A DNA stretch of 64,000 nt from Eutreptiella sp. 'Long Island Sound 2002' (GCA_964036045.1 OZ038379.1:22444001-22508000); one strand, 5' to 3'. Shown: positions 50,513 to 63,135, counted from the first letter of the stretch. A program made the numbers and translations. The notes: generated by a model not told the origin, from the letters alone.

Positions 50513-51406
50513 CTGCGGATAATGCGAAGGGCGTGCGGGCGAGTGGGAGGGGTCTGCGAAGGAGATGTGACGGAGGCACGGGTGTGCGATAAGGTACCAG
50601 GGGCCAGATATGGGGTTTGCTGTGATCTGTCGGGGGAGGAGCATGTGAGACCAGGGCTTACACAGGGAGGGAATGTCAAGTCTGATCCCTGCACCAAAAG
50701 GGGCTCTGCATGTGCTGAATGCCAAACGGATCACTTTATGCATGCCGATTTGAAGGCGGGGCGTTGATAGAGGGTCATGTCTCCAGAGCTGTATCCACTA
50801 CATTCCACAAAACGGACAGAAACACCAAAAGGCATAATAAAGACCAAGTAATCCAAAATGCCAGCAATTAACAAAAAAATAAAAAAAACAAAAAAAAAAG
50901 TACCACAACAACACAATTCAAAGCAACCTGTCATCTTCGACACCTGCACGAAGTCTGCGATGCTTCAACTTCAAGGGGCGGTGGCATGGGCGCAAGCGGT
51001 ATGTGTCTGGAGCGCACGCTATTGAATGCATGGCAACTTGCATCACTTCTGGGGCAACGTCTCCTTCAAACACTGCAATCCTGGCTCCCTGGGCTGCAGG
51101 GGGCGAGAAAAGAGGCTTCCTCTTTAACAATAAATGGTCAACAGCAAATGGTCCTGCAAAACAGTGATACCCCATGATAACCAACTGTGATCATGATCAT
51201 TTGCCCATGCACGGGTGCGTAGTCATGCATGTGCCCATGCGGCTCCAATTGGGAACCAGCGTCGACATTTTGTCCTCATATCTGTGCCTGAAACCCAGTA
51301 CCTTCAATGGCAACGATGATGCAAAAAGGATGGTTGCCCAGGGAACACTGTTGGTACGTAGGCCCTATCCCCTCATCCCCGGACTTCCCAAACTCCAGGC
51401 AGCCAC

Positions 51407-51580
51407 CTTCTTCAGAAACGCGCCCACGAGGTTGAGCATCGTCGTCCACTGCGAAAACACCACCGTCTTGCGCCCGGGATCTGTCTGCAGGATCTCCAGT
51501 AGCCGCTGCAGCTTTGCGCTTGGAGGGGCATCAACGGGAGCGGCCTGACTCGCTGCAGGCGCTGGCTCCAGATCCGAAGC
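51407..51580 (-). CDS. RAD5: RAD5/HLTF-like helicase exon (motif IV)
   Basis: PSAKLQRLLEIL..KTVVFSQWTTMLNLV; acceptor ctacacag at 51581, donor AAG|GT at 51406; 174 nt, phase 0/0. Confidence 0.9.
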
Positions 51581-52315
51581 CTGTGTAGGAGGTGACGGGC
51601 GAAGACAGTGCAGAGATAAGGCAGGGAACCAGCAAATGTTGACGGTTTGCGACAGCCCATGGAAGACTCATGAACAGCCCTAGTCACACCGCACCAATGC
51701 TGACGTAGAACCGCACTGTTTGAACTCTGCCACGATGTGTGAACCATGAACACGTGTTGCACGCCACAAGCGCGACAACGAACGGGGTCCTCATGATCCC
51801 GAAGGCCCATCACGGCATATCGATCAAACGTGCTGTGCCTATGTCCCCATACCTGGACAGCTACGCTGGGAGTGCGGCCCTTCACGGACACCACCAGAGC
51901 CTGGGGAAAACCCAGAGTTGGTGTATGGATGCCCGTCAAACCTCTTCCCATTCTCCTGGAATGCGCGTTCAGGTCTCACAAACTGCAGTCCACTCAGGAG
52001 CCACCCCGTGCCACCGCCTCCATCGTGCAATCCACCAGTACCACCATCCCCCGCCTGCCCTTCCCAAATGGCACTCCGCAGCCTCCATCCGTCTGCTTCT
52101 GTCCCATTACCTCTGCCGCACCGCACTCATCCCAATGCCTCTGTCCCAGTGCCTCCATCCCACTGCCCCTATCGCTGAGAAGCGGCCACAGGTGTACATG
52201 CTTCTCAGGCGAACTCTTTGTGACCAATTCTGAACAATGCAAAACACCACTTGGCACCCGCACAGAAAACTTCAAAGCACAACACCAACGGCCGGGATCA
52301 CTGACAGCCAAAATA

Positions 52316-52857
52316 CCGGAGGGGGGAAATTTTGGATAAGGCGAAAATTTGGAATGGCGAAACTTTGTGCGGGCAAAATTTGGCACGATTTCTTAGATAC
52401 CATGGCGAAATTTGGTACAAAATTTCTAGATTGTGGCCAGGGGAAAATCGTTACACTGGGAATTGACCAAAGAGTTTTCATTTGATGATGCAATGCCTCA
52501 CCAGCTCACCTACCAACGCAACCTGCATAAGTTGTATAAAATAGGGTCCATAGCATACCAGGAAACTCAGTCTGCTGCTTGCCATGGGTTCTAGGGTATG
52601 CAGACTGTTGCCACCACCAGACACGGGACACAAGACCGCATACCACAACAGAACACTGACAAGGCACAAGAGCAGGAAAATCCCCAAATTGCGCAGAAAA
52701 AATTTTGCAGAGAAAATTTTGTCACCGGCATGGCGAAGTTTGGTTTGGGCAAAATTTGGCACGAATTCTTAAATACCATGGGGAATTTTGGTACAATTTT
52801 ATTGTGCCAAATTCCGCCATTCCAAGTTTCGCCTATTCCAAATTTCCCCCCCTCCGG
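52316..52857. mobile_element. 542-bp MITE, TA-flanked, same TIR family as 44787-45953
   Basis: TA|ccggaggggggaaattttggataaggcgaaaatttggaatggcg ... cgccattccaagtttcgcctattccaaatttccccccctccgg|TA. Confidence 0.82.
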
Positions 52858-53468
52858 TACCATGTTCCTTTCCTTCATTTCTCAAAACTGTTCTGCTGAA
52901 TTTGCTGAACAATCAGCTGAGACGACGCCACAGGTGCATATGCTTTTCGAGCGGAACCTGTGTGATTAGTTTTGAAGAATGCAAAACATCACTTGGCACA
53001 CGCCCACACACACACACACACACACACCCACACACACACACACGCAAACCGTCAAAGTACAATACCAACGGCCGGGTTCGTTGAATGCCAAAATAGCACA
53101 CTCATTTTCTTCATTTATCAAAACTGTCCGGAAGCTGTACTTGGGTCCAGGACGGAAATCCTGCCGCCGTCACCGTCGCGGGCGCCCGGGGGTTGAAGGC
53201 AGGCACCACGGGGTTTCAGCGGTCCTTCCCCGCAGGTCCAGGTGACCGGGGCTCGGTACAACACCATCTGCGTGTTGCCGCATGTCAAACGCTGGACCGA
53301 GGGGCCTGTGAAGCACTTTGTTCTGACGGCGGAGCGCTGGGGGTGATGGAGGGTCATGTATCCAGAGCGCTAACACCAAATCCAACAAAACAGGTAAGAA
53401 GCACATGCACATTGATGATGGCAGTGGGAGCACAAGAACACCGAAGCAGAGCATTGGCCAACACACAC

Positions 53469-53747
53469 CTGCAGTACCCGCTCAAGAGGGGTGCGGCACA
53501 GGGGACACGTGTTGTGCCCGGAGCCCAGCAGCTGCTGCATGCACTCAGTACAAAACATGTGTTTGCAGGCGGTGATGACGGCCTGCGTGATGGGGTCCAG
53601 GCACACACTGCACACCTCCTCCCCGGCGCTGTGCAGGAGGTCCAGCAGCTGGGCCATGTCCTCGGCCTTCAGATTGCTGTGGTCCGGAGCCGGAGCGGTG
53701 ACCAGCGACGGGTGGTCGCAGTGCTGCCGCAGGCGCAGCAGCAGAAG
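53469..53747 (-). CDS. RAD5: RAD5/HLTF-like helicase exon with C3HC4 RING finger
   Basis: LLLLRLRQHCDHP, CSVCLDPITQAVITACKHMFCTECM..CPLCR; acceptor cccgcag at 53748, donor CAG|GT at 53468; 279 nt. Confidence 0.93.
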
Positions 53748-54872
53748 CTGCGGGCAAAACGCGAAGAGGGTGCGGCATGAAGCGGGGAAAATTGCAGGAT
53801 CCAGGGAGTAAGAAAGGAAGTGAACGCCCATGGGGCCCAAGGTGATGGGACCCTGAAGCAGCAAACCTGCAAAGGAGCGGGGGCTCCCCCACAAGGGCAT
53901 GGGAAACGCACCCGGCACGACCCGCGGGCCCCATTTTCAAATCGGTTGGGATATGTCCGACGCCTCCAGGATGCTGCCAATGCTTCGTGAGGCGTGTGGC
54001 TTGCCCCTCGGGTGACCTGACCTTGAAACTGCACCGATTGCCACTTCACTGCAGCTCCGCACTGCAAAATCCACACCTTGCATTGGTATCCCTGACACCC
54101 ACGACGCCACTGCACTGCGCCGTCAGGGATAGAACGGATGGTACGTGTTCAGCAGAGGAGGCGGAGCCCATTCAGTCGAGGGCACTTCGCCTGACATTCG
54201 GTTGTCACTTCCCTGTTTCTTTTCGCAATGAAATCGCACGGTCTTGTGTCTCGCTTTGCCATGAGCGAAGGCTATTGCAAGGGATCAGCGGTTATGGGAC
54301 ACCACCTCTCTTACAGGCCAGTCTATCCTACCGCTGGGGGGGGGGGGAGGGGGGGGGGTTGGCACGAGGGGGGGGGGGGGCGTACTTTATTTGTGTCAGA
54401 GTGCCCTGTCGATCTCACTGCGCACAACTGCAGCATCACTGCCCTTGTAGCGTTCAAAGCGGCGGGGGGCAGTCACGCAAACCTACCACATCTTTGCAGT
54501 ACAGCCGGTGCCCAGTGCCCACATCGTGTATGACCTGCGTTTGGTGCTCGGGTCACGAGGGTCGGTCCCGAGCGGAGGAAGAAGGAGGGCGGTTTCACAC
54601 GGCTTCACGTGCAGTCATTTCCACAGTGCCACAGGGGCTCTGCATCACCAAATATCACCCGTCGGGGGTGCGCTGCAGGTCCGGGCAGGTGGCCCTCGGT
54701 GTTGCTTGCCCCTACGCCATCGGCCACGCAGTCCGGGTGCGCGGAGCAGGTCCCGGAGTTCCGACCTCATCCCTAAGCGCCGTCACGCCCTCTCCGCAGC
54801 GCTCCGGGTCGGTCCTGGAGGCCCAAGGGACGGAGGGGGGGGGGGGCTATTGGGAAGGGGGGGTGGGGCGAC

Positions 54873-55234
54873 CAGCATATGCGCATAGTTCTTCATCGCG
54901 TTGCCGCTGTCCACCAACGTGTCGAACACGGATCGGCTTTGGCTGTGCAGCGCCGTGTACGCCGTGCGCTCCTGCAGCCCAAACTCCACCCGCACGACCT
55001 CCGGCCGCAGCGGCGGCAGGTCCACCAAAGCCTTGCCCGCGATGCGCAAAGCCTTGGTCCGGCGCAGGCAGGCGGTCGTGCACAACGCCCGCAGCCGCTC
55101 CAGCCCGCGGGAGTCGCAGGCGCGCAGGTGGCGCATCAGAATGCGATTCCACCAGCCGATGTTGTCGAAGGGCTGCAGTTGGACGAACGCAAACAGACTC
55201 TGAAGGTCTTCCAATTTGTTCTGGATCGGAGTGC
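54873..55234 (-). CDS. RAD5: RAD5/HLTF-like helicase exon (SNF2_N after motif III)
   Basis: (G)TPIQNKLEDLQSLFAFVQLQPF..LRRTK..VDLPP..NYAHML; acceptor cgccag at 55235, phase 1; donor CTG|GT at 54872; 362 nt. Confidence 0.93.
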
Positions 55235-57479
55235 CTGGCGAGAGATGCGGACATGACCGAAGGCACGTCTGTGCTTGCGGGAGAGGGAAGCTCAAGGGAG
55301 CCTCAGGTGCGGTGGCAAACGCGGCTATTGGTGATTGCAAAAGCGGTGGGTGACAAATTTGGGCGGTTACAAAATCGGTTGGAAAGCGGTTAGGAACGGA
55401 CGAAAGCGGTTGGGGTGGAAGGGCCCATCATCCCGGGAGGCAAAGGGGTTTATCAGCTTTCAAGCACTGGCATGGTCCATGGCCCTATCCACCAGCTGGT
55501 GGTGATGCGTGGAAGGAAGACAGACGCCATGATACGGGGATCGAGGGCCTTCGTGTACACCGACACGCACCCGTTCCACGCCGGATCCCCCACCTGCAAC
55601 CCCATCCCCGTCCCACCCCCATCAGTCGATCCCCTGCCCGGCCACCAGGCCGTGGCATGGATCCGAGATGCACAGAACACAACGGCTTTCTCAACGCCAC
55701 CAGACGCAGCAGGTCAGGGGGGAGCGGGGGAGAGGGGGGGGGGTCTGAGACCCACGGGTTGATATCCCAAGAGTAGCCTCAAAAAGTTTCCCTGCAAAAT
55801 TCCCCCCGAGGATTTTTCTGTTGGGACCCTCCCCCCCCCGCGAGGGGAGGGTTGGACCCCTTTGGGAGGGGGGGGGAGGGGGTTCGTTGCTGTGCTGTAT
55901 CGCGCTGCAGCCTGCCGTTCTTCGCTGTGCTGCGTTGCGCTGTGCAGTGCCTTGCCCTGTTGTCCCCTGCCATTCTGTGGGGACCACTTTCGGGGGGGGG
56001 GGGGGGTTGTCCTTTCCTTTTTTCTTCTCATTCCAACGCATCCACGCCTCACGCCCCACGCCCCACGCCCCACGCCCCACGCCCGGAGCACGTGCACGCC
56101 TGCCTCGGGTCACAGGCGCAGAGACGGTCTGAGCAGAGGTGTGTGGAAGTGGGGGGTGGGGTGGGGGGGACGTCCACGGGCACTACCAGGAGCGGCAGGG
56201 GTCCACGCCCCAAATCCGGTGCTTTCCCCCACGCACACCGATCATTGGCAGGGAAAGTGTACCAGCCTTCTCGCTTCGGGGTCGCCCTTTGAACCCTCTT
56301 GACCCCGCCTCTGTTCCGGCGGAAGAGCCCCACCACAGTCCAAAGTCAACAGGCCTTTGGTGCACTTGAGGGCTCCGTGGCCTACCGCCTCCGCCGTACC
56401 AGCCCCGCAAGGTTGGCTCCGACAGCTGGAATCCCCCCACAGGTATGCACCGCCGATTGCACGTCAGCCCAGTGGCTCACTCGTATCCGGAGTGGACGCC
56501 ACCCTGCGGCTGCGAGCCCAACGCCAAGACCGCTGGAGTGCAGAGGCGGTGTCCAATGGAATCTAATACGGTCCGAATGGCGCGGTGGGGGAGGGGAAGG
56601 GGGACCAGCAGACCCGCGACACCATCCCTCTGTACCCCTGTCGGATGCATGACGGCCCCCTCAACGGCGACCTATATTATCTTTTTGAATCGTTCTTCAT
56701 ACCCTTCGCTTCTCCCCCATCACTTTTCCCTTTCAATTCCGGTTCCTGGGCATTCCAGGGCATTCACGTTCAAGCCCAAGGGGGCCCCCAACTGCTCTGT
56801 GGGCTTGCGTTGGGAGCCCCCCCCCCCCCCCCCCGGCGGTGCACCGGAGACCGGTTCGGTTTCTCCCCAGCCGCTTTCGGTTAATCGCCAATCGGGGGAT
56901 CTCGATAAAGGACCGGCATGGGTTTCTCTGCCTACCACACATTTTTGCGTGGTTTCAGAGGTTTCAGAGGGTGCGGTCACGGGGGGGGGGGGGGGCAACT
57001 ACAATCGGTCCGGATGCGACCCACCCCCCAGCTATCTGTCAAAACTTGCGGGGGGGGGGGGGTTTGGTTTGGTTTGGCAGGCACCCGGCCCGTGGCTCTG
57101 TCCGTTCCCTGGACGCAAGGCCTAAGGCATGGGGCGCGGATTGCGCAACGCATCGACGTCGGGTCTGCTCACCCTGGGCACCCCTGCAGTCAGCCCTGGA
57201 TATCGCCAGCCGCAAACCTTGTCAACTATCCACCATGAACGCCCTCACGATGCTGGCCCACCTCCGGAACTCCACCCCCTGCAGCGCTGGGGGCACGTAT
57301 ACATGATCGTGCGGTCTGCCCACTTGTGGGTGTCTTCTCCGTCGGCTGCTATACACGTCTTGCTGCGTGGCACTCCACTCAGCACCCGTAGCATCGCTCC
57401 CCCATGCAGCCTCCATGGTGGTACCACCTTCGCCAGCGCCCGCCTCGACCTGGGCCGCTGACATGAGCACCTGTACCGG

Positions 57480-58750
57480 GTCGTCACCTTGCCTTGGCCC
57501 CTCTTTGGGGCGCTCTTCGTTTGCCTTGGCCCCCCTCTAGGGCGCTCTTTGTTTGCCTTGGCCCCTCTCCGGGGTGCTCTTTGTTTGCTTCGGCCCCTCT
57601 CTTGGGCGCTCTCCATTTGCTTGGGCCCTCGCTGGTGCGCTCTTTGGTCACCTTGGCCCCTTTGTGGGGCGCTCCTCGTTCGCCTTGGCCCTTCTCTAGG
57701 GCGCTCTTCGTTTGCCTTGGCCCCTCACTGCAGCGCTCTTCGTTTGCCTTGGCCCCTCGCTGGGGTGCCCGTCGTTTGACGTGACCCCTCGCTGGGGCGC
57801 CCGTGTTTGCCTTGGCGGGGTCCCCTAGGTGCAAAATTCATACCCTGTTTTTTTTGGGGGGGGGGTACAGGATGGCCCCGTGGAGCCTAGCCTGTGGGTA
57901 GGGGGGTGGGCAGTTAGCGTGGCCTAAGCCAAGGCCCCCAAAAAGAAGCCTTGGAGGCACTTCGAGAGCAGCGGGGAAGACAGCCCCGGGGACCCTGGGG
58001 CGCCCGTCGTTTGCCTTGCCCCCTCTCTTGGGCGCTCTTCGTTTGCCTTGGCCCCTCTTTGGGGCGCCCTTCGTTTGCCTGGGCCCCTCGCTGTGGCGCT
58101 CTTCGTTTGCCTTGGCCCCTCTCTGGGGTGCCCATTGTTTGCCTTGCCCGCTCTCTGGGGCGCTCTTCGTTTGCCTTGGCCCCTCTCCTGGGCGCTCTTT
58201 GTTTGCCTTGCCCCCTCTCTAGGGCGCTCTTCGTTTGCCTTGGCCCCTCTCTGGGGCGCTCTTTGTTTGCCTTGGCCCCTCTTCGGGGCGCCCGTCGTTT
58301 GCCTTGCCCCCTCTTTGGGGCGCTCTTCGTTCGCCTTGGCCCTTCGCTGGGGCGCTCTTCGTTTGCCATGGCCCCTCGCTGGGGCGCTCTTCGTTCGCCT
58401 TGGCCCCTCTTTGGGGCGCCCGTTGTTTGCCTTGCCCCCTCTCTGGGGCGCTCTTCTTTTGCCACCTCGCTGAGGCGCCCTTTGTTTGCCTTGGCCCCTC
58501 GCTTGGACGCCCTTTGTTAGCCTTGGCCCCTCGCTGGGGCGCTCTTCGTTAGCCTTGGCCCCTTCATGTGGTGCCCGTCGTTTGCCTTGCCCCCTCTCTG
58601 GGGCGCCCTTCGTTTGCCTTGGCCCCTGTGTGGGGCGCTCCTCTTTTGCCTGGGCCCCTCTCTGGGGCGCTCTTCGCTTGCCTTGGGCCCTCTTGGGGAC
58701 GCCCGTCGTTTGCCTTGCCCCCTCTCTGGGGCGCTCTTCGTTTGCCTTGG
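57480..58750. repeat. 33-bp tandem array A, about 33 copies, interrupted at ~57790-57990
   Basis: Unit gcgctcttcgtttgccttggcccctctctgggg. Confidence 0.93.
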
Positions 58751-61700
58751 CTGTCGCCCGTTGGCGCCGCTCTACTTCTCGTGTTGTCGCCCGTGGATGC
58801 CGCGCTTCTTCTTGTGCTGCCGCCTGTTGGCGCCACTGTGCTTCCTATGCTGCCTCTTGTTGGCCCCGTTCTGCCTCTTGTGTTGTCGCCCTTTGGTGCC
58901 GTTCTGCCTCTGCCGTCGCCCGGTGGCGCCGCTTTGCCTCTTGTGTTGCTGCCCGTTGGCGCCGCTCTACCCTTTGTGCCCTCTCCCATTGGCGCCGTTC
59001 TGCCCCCTGTGCCGTCGCCCGTTGGCGCCGCTCCGCCCCTTGTGTTGCCGCCCTTTGGGGCAGCTCTGCTTCTTGTGTTGTCGCCCGTTGGCGCCGCTCT
59101 GCTTCTTGTGTTGTCTCCCGGTGGCGCCGCTCTGCTTCTTGTGTTGTCTCCCGGTGGCGCCGCTCTGCCTTGTGTGCCGTCTCCTGGTGGCGCCCCTCTG
59201 CTTCTTGCGTTGTCGCCCGTTGGCGCCACTCTGCTTCTTGTGCCGTCTCCCGTGGGGGCCGCTCTGCTTCTTGTGCTGCCGCCCTTTGGCGTTGCTCTGC
59301 TTCTTGTGTTGTCGCCTGTTGGCGCTGCTCTGCCTCTGTTGCCTTTGCCCGTAGGCGCCGCTCTGCCTCTTGTGCTATCTCCCGTGGGCGCCGTGCTACT
59401 TGATGTGCCGTCGCCCGTTGGCGCCACTCCACTTCCGGTGCCGTTGCTCGTCTACGCCGCTCTGTCTCTCCCGCTGTCGCTCTGTGGTGCTGCTCTACCT
59501 TTCGTGCCTTCGCCTGTTGGCGCCGCTCTGCCTCTTGTGTTGTCTCCCGTTGGCGCCGCTCCGCGTCTTGGCCCCGCTCTGCTTCTCGTGTTGTCACCCA
59601 TTGGTGCCGCTCTGCTTCTTGTGTTGTCGCCCGTTGGTGCTGCTCTGCCTCTTGCGCTATAGCCCGTTGGCGACGCTCTGCTTCTTGTGTTGTCGCCCGT
59701 GGGCGCCGCTCTGCTTCTTGTGCTATCGCCCGTGGGTGCCGCTCTGTTTCTTGTGTTGTTGCCTGTAGGCGCCGCTCCGCTCCTTGTGCCGTCTCCCATT
59801 GGCTCCGTTCTGCCCAATGTGCTGTCGCTCGTTGGCTCCGCTCCGCTTCTTGTGCTGCCCCTCGTGCTGTCGCCTTTTGGCGCTGCCCTGCCTCTTGTGC
59901 TGTCACATGCTGGCGCCACTCTGCCTCTTCTGACGTCGCCAGTTGGCTCCGCTCTGCCTCTTGTGTTGTCGCCCGCTGGCGCCGCTGCACGTCTTGTGCA
60001 ATCTCTCGTTGGTGCCACTCGGCTGCTGGTGCTCGCCTGTTGGCGCCGCTTTGCTTCTCGTGTTGTCGCCCGTTGGTGCCGCTCTGCTTCTTGTGCTGTC
60101 TCCCGCTGGCACTGCTCTGCCTCTTGCGCCATAGCCCGTTGGCGACGCTCTGCTTCTTGTGCTCCCGCCCGTGGGCGCCGCTTTGCTTCTTGTGCTGTCG
60201 CCCGTGGGTGCCGCTCTGCCTCTTGCGCCGTCGCCCGTTGTCGCCGCACTTCCTCTTGTGTTGTTGCCCGTGGGCGCCACTCTGCTCCTTGTGCGGTCTC
60301 CCGTTGGCGCCGTTCTGCCCCTCGTGTTGTTGCCCGTTGGCTCCTCTCCGCTTCTTGTGCCGTCGCCCGTCGGCGCCGCTTTGCCTCCCGCGCCGTCGCC
60401 TGTCGGCGCCGCCCTGCCTCTTGTGTTGTCGCCCTGTGGCGCTGCCCTGCCTCCTGTGCTATCACCCGTTGGCTCCGCTCTGCCTTTTGTGCCGTCGCCC
60501 ATTGGCGCCGCTCTGCCTCGCGTGATGTCGCCCGTGGATGCCGCTCTACTTCTTGTGCCGTCGCTTGTTGGCGTCGCCCTGCTTCTTGTGATGTCTCCCG
60601 TTGGCCCCTAGCTGCCTCTGGTGCCGTCGCCCTTTGGTGCCGTTCTACCTCTCGCGCCGTCGCTCGTTGGTGCCGCTCCGCCCCTTGTGCCGTCGCCCGT
60701 TGGTGCCGCTACGCCTCTTGTGCTGCCGCCCCTGTGCGCCGTTCTGCCTCCTGTGTTGACGCCCGTTGGCTCGCTTCGCTCCTTGCGCTGGCGCCCGTGG
60801 CACCACTCTGCCTCGTGTGCTATCCCCCGTTGGCTTGCTTCGCTGCTTGTGCTACCACTTGTTGGCGCTCCTCTGACTCTTGTGCCGCCGCCCGTTGGCA
60901 CCGCTCCGCTTTTGGTACCGCCTCTTGTGATGTCTCCCTTTGGCGCCGCTCTGCTTCTCGTGATGTCGCCCGTGGGTGCCGCTTCATGTGCTGCCGCATG
61001 TTGGTGCCGCTCTGCTTCCTGTGTTATCTCTTGCTGGCCCCGTTCTGCCTCATGCATTGTCGCCCTTTGGTGCCGTTCTGCCTCTCGTGCCGTCGCTTGT
61101 TGGTGCCGCTCTACCCTTAGCGCCGTCTCCCTTTGGCGCTGCTCCGCCCCTATGCCGTCGCCCATTGGCACCGCTCCGCCTCTTGCGCTGCCGCCCTTTG
61201 GAGCCGCTCTGCTTCTTGTGCTGTCGCCCGTTGGTGCCGCTCTACCTCTTGTGCTGTCGTCCGTTGGCGCCGCTCTGCCCCTCGTGTGCAGTCGCCTGCT
61301 GGCGCCGCTCCGCGTCTTGTGCTGTCTCTCGTTGGGGCCGCTCTGCTTCTCGTGCTGTCGCCTGTTGGTGCCACTCTACTGCTTGTGCTGCCTCTCGTTG
61401 GTGCCGCTCCGCTTCTGGTGCTGTCGCCTGTTGGCCCCGCTCTGCTTCTCGTGTTGTCGCCCGTTGGTGCCGCTCTGCCTCTTGTGCTGACGCCCGTTGG
61501 CGCTGCTCTGCCCCGTGCGCTTTAGCCCATTGACAACGCTCTGCTTCTTGTGTTGTCGCCCGTGGGTGCCGCTCGGCTTCTTGTGCAGTCACCCATTGGC
61601 GCCGCTCTGCCTCTTGCGCTGTCGTCCGTTGGCGCCGCTCTGCTTCCTGTGATGTCGCCCTTTGGGGCCGCTCCGCGTCTGTGCCCGTTGGCGCCTCTCT

Positions 61701-62121
61701 GTCTCTTGTGCTGTCGCCCGTTGGGGCTGCTCTGCTCCTCGTGCTGCCCGTTAGCGCCGCTCTGCTTCTTGTGCTGTCGCCCGTTGGCGCCGCTCTACCT
61801 CTTGTGCTTTCGTCCATTGCCGCCGCCCTGCCCCTCACGTTGTAGCCCGTTGGCGCCGCTTCGTGTCTCCTGCTGTCTCTCGTTGGTGGTGCTCCGCTTC
61901 TGGTGATTTTGCCTGCTGGCCCCGCCATGCTTCTCGTGCTGTTGCCCGTTGGTGCCGCTCTGCTTCTTGTGCTCTCGCCCGTTGGCGCTGCTCTGCCTCT
62001 TGCTCTATAGCCGGTTGGCGACGCTCTGCTTCTCGTGCTGTCGCCCGTGGGCGCCGCTCTGCTCCTTGTGTTGTCGCCCGTGGGTGCCGCTCTGCCTCTT
62101 GCGTTGTTGTCCGTTGGCGCC
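58751..62121. repeat. 33-bp tandem array B, forward orientation, about 100 copies
   Basis: Unit gccgctctgcttcttgtgctgtcgcccgttggc; translates as AALLLVLSPVG on + and AQEAERRQRAT on -. Confidence 0.95.
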
Positions 62122-62447
62122 CCTGGTGACCTGGCACCGGTATAAAAACCCTCAGGATGGTAGCAAGCGGGCCGCAGAGCTGCTTGCACAGCCAAGTGTG
62201 AGAGGATGGGGGCGGAGGGCCGAGGAGACGGGCCACCCCAATCCCACACAGGGTGAGATCAGGCAGGACGTACAAGTGTGCCGCCGACGACAATGCGATG
62301 ACGAGGCGATCCGACGAATTCCGAGTCCGAGACCCTGGTGCCTGGGTGGAGAGCCCGGACACTACGACCCTGGTGCCTGGGCGAAGAGCCCGGGCACTGC
62401 GACACGAGGGTAGACTCGAGAACCGGCGACAGACGGACGAAATCTGG

Positions 62448-63135
62448 GCGGCAGCACAAGAAGCGGAGCAGCGCCACCGGGCGTCAGCACTAGAAGCAGA
62501 GCAGCGCCAACGGGCGTCAGCACTAGAATCAGAGCTGCGCCAACGGGCGGCGGCGCAAGAAGCACAGCGGCGCCAACGGACGGCATTACAAGAGGCAGAG
62601 CGGCGCCCACAGACGACGCCACAAGAAGCAGAGAGGAGCCAACGGGCGACGGCACAAGTAGCAACGCGGCGCCGACGGGAGACACCACAAGAAACAAGAA
62701 GCAGAGCGGCGCCAACGGACGACAGCACAAGAGGCAGAGCGGCGCCAACTGACGACAGCACAAGACGCGGAGCGGCGCCCACAGGCCACAGCACAGGAAG
62801 TAGAGTGGCGCCAAAGGGCGACAGCACAAGAAGCAGGGCGGCGCCAACGGACGACACCAGAAGAGGCAGAGCGGTGCCAACGGCCGACAGCACGAGCCGC
62901 GGAGCGGCGCCAACGGGCAGCAGCAAAAGAAGCAGAGCGGCGCCCACGGGCGACAGCACGAGAAGCAGAGCGGCGCCACCGGGCGACATCACAAGAAGCC
63001 GGAAGGCGCGAACAGGCGACAGCCAAAGTAGTAGAGCGGCGCCAACGGGCGACACCACAAGAAGCGGAGCGGCGCCAACGGACGACAGCACAAGAGGCAG
63101 AGCGGCGCCAACGGACAACAGCACAATATGCGGAG
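62448..63135. repeat. 33-bp array B, inverted orientation, about 21 copies
   Basis: Unit gcagagcggcgccaacgggcgacagcacaagaa is the reverse complement of array B. Confidence 0.92.

Noticed and set aside
53987-55393. 468-aa plus-strand ORF
   Set aside because: Antisense to a RAD5-like exon and intron, crosses poly-G runs, and has no domain signal.
57951-62249. Long ORFs of 180-480 aa on both strands
   Set aside because: By-products of a stop-poor 33-nt unit; frames switch at indels and lie inside an intron. Treated as repeat, with possible coding ancestry noted as a finding.
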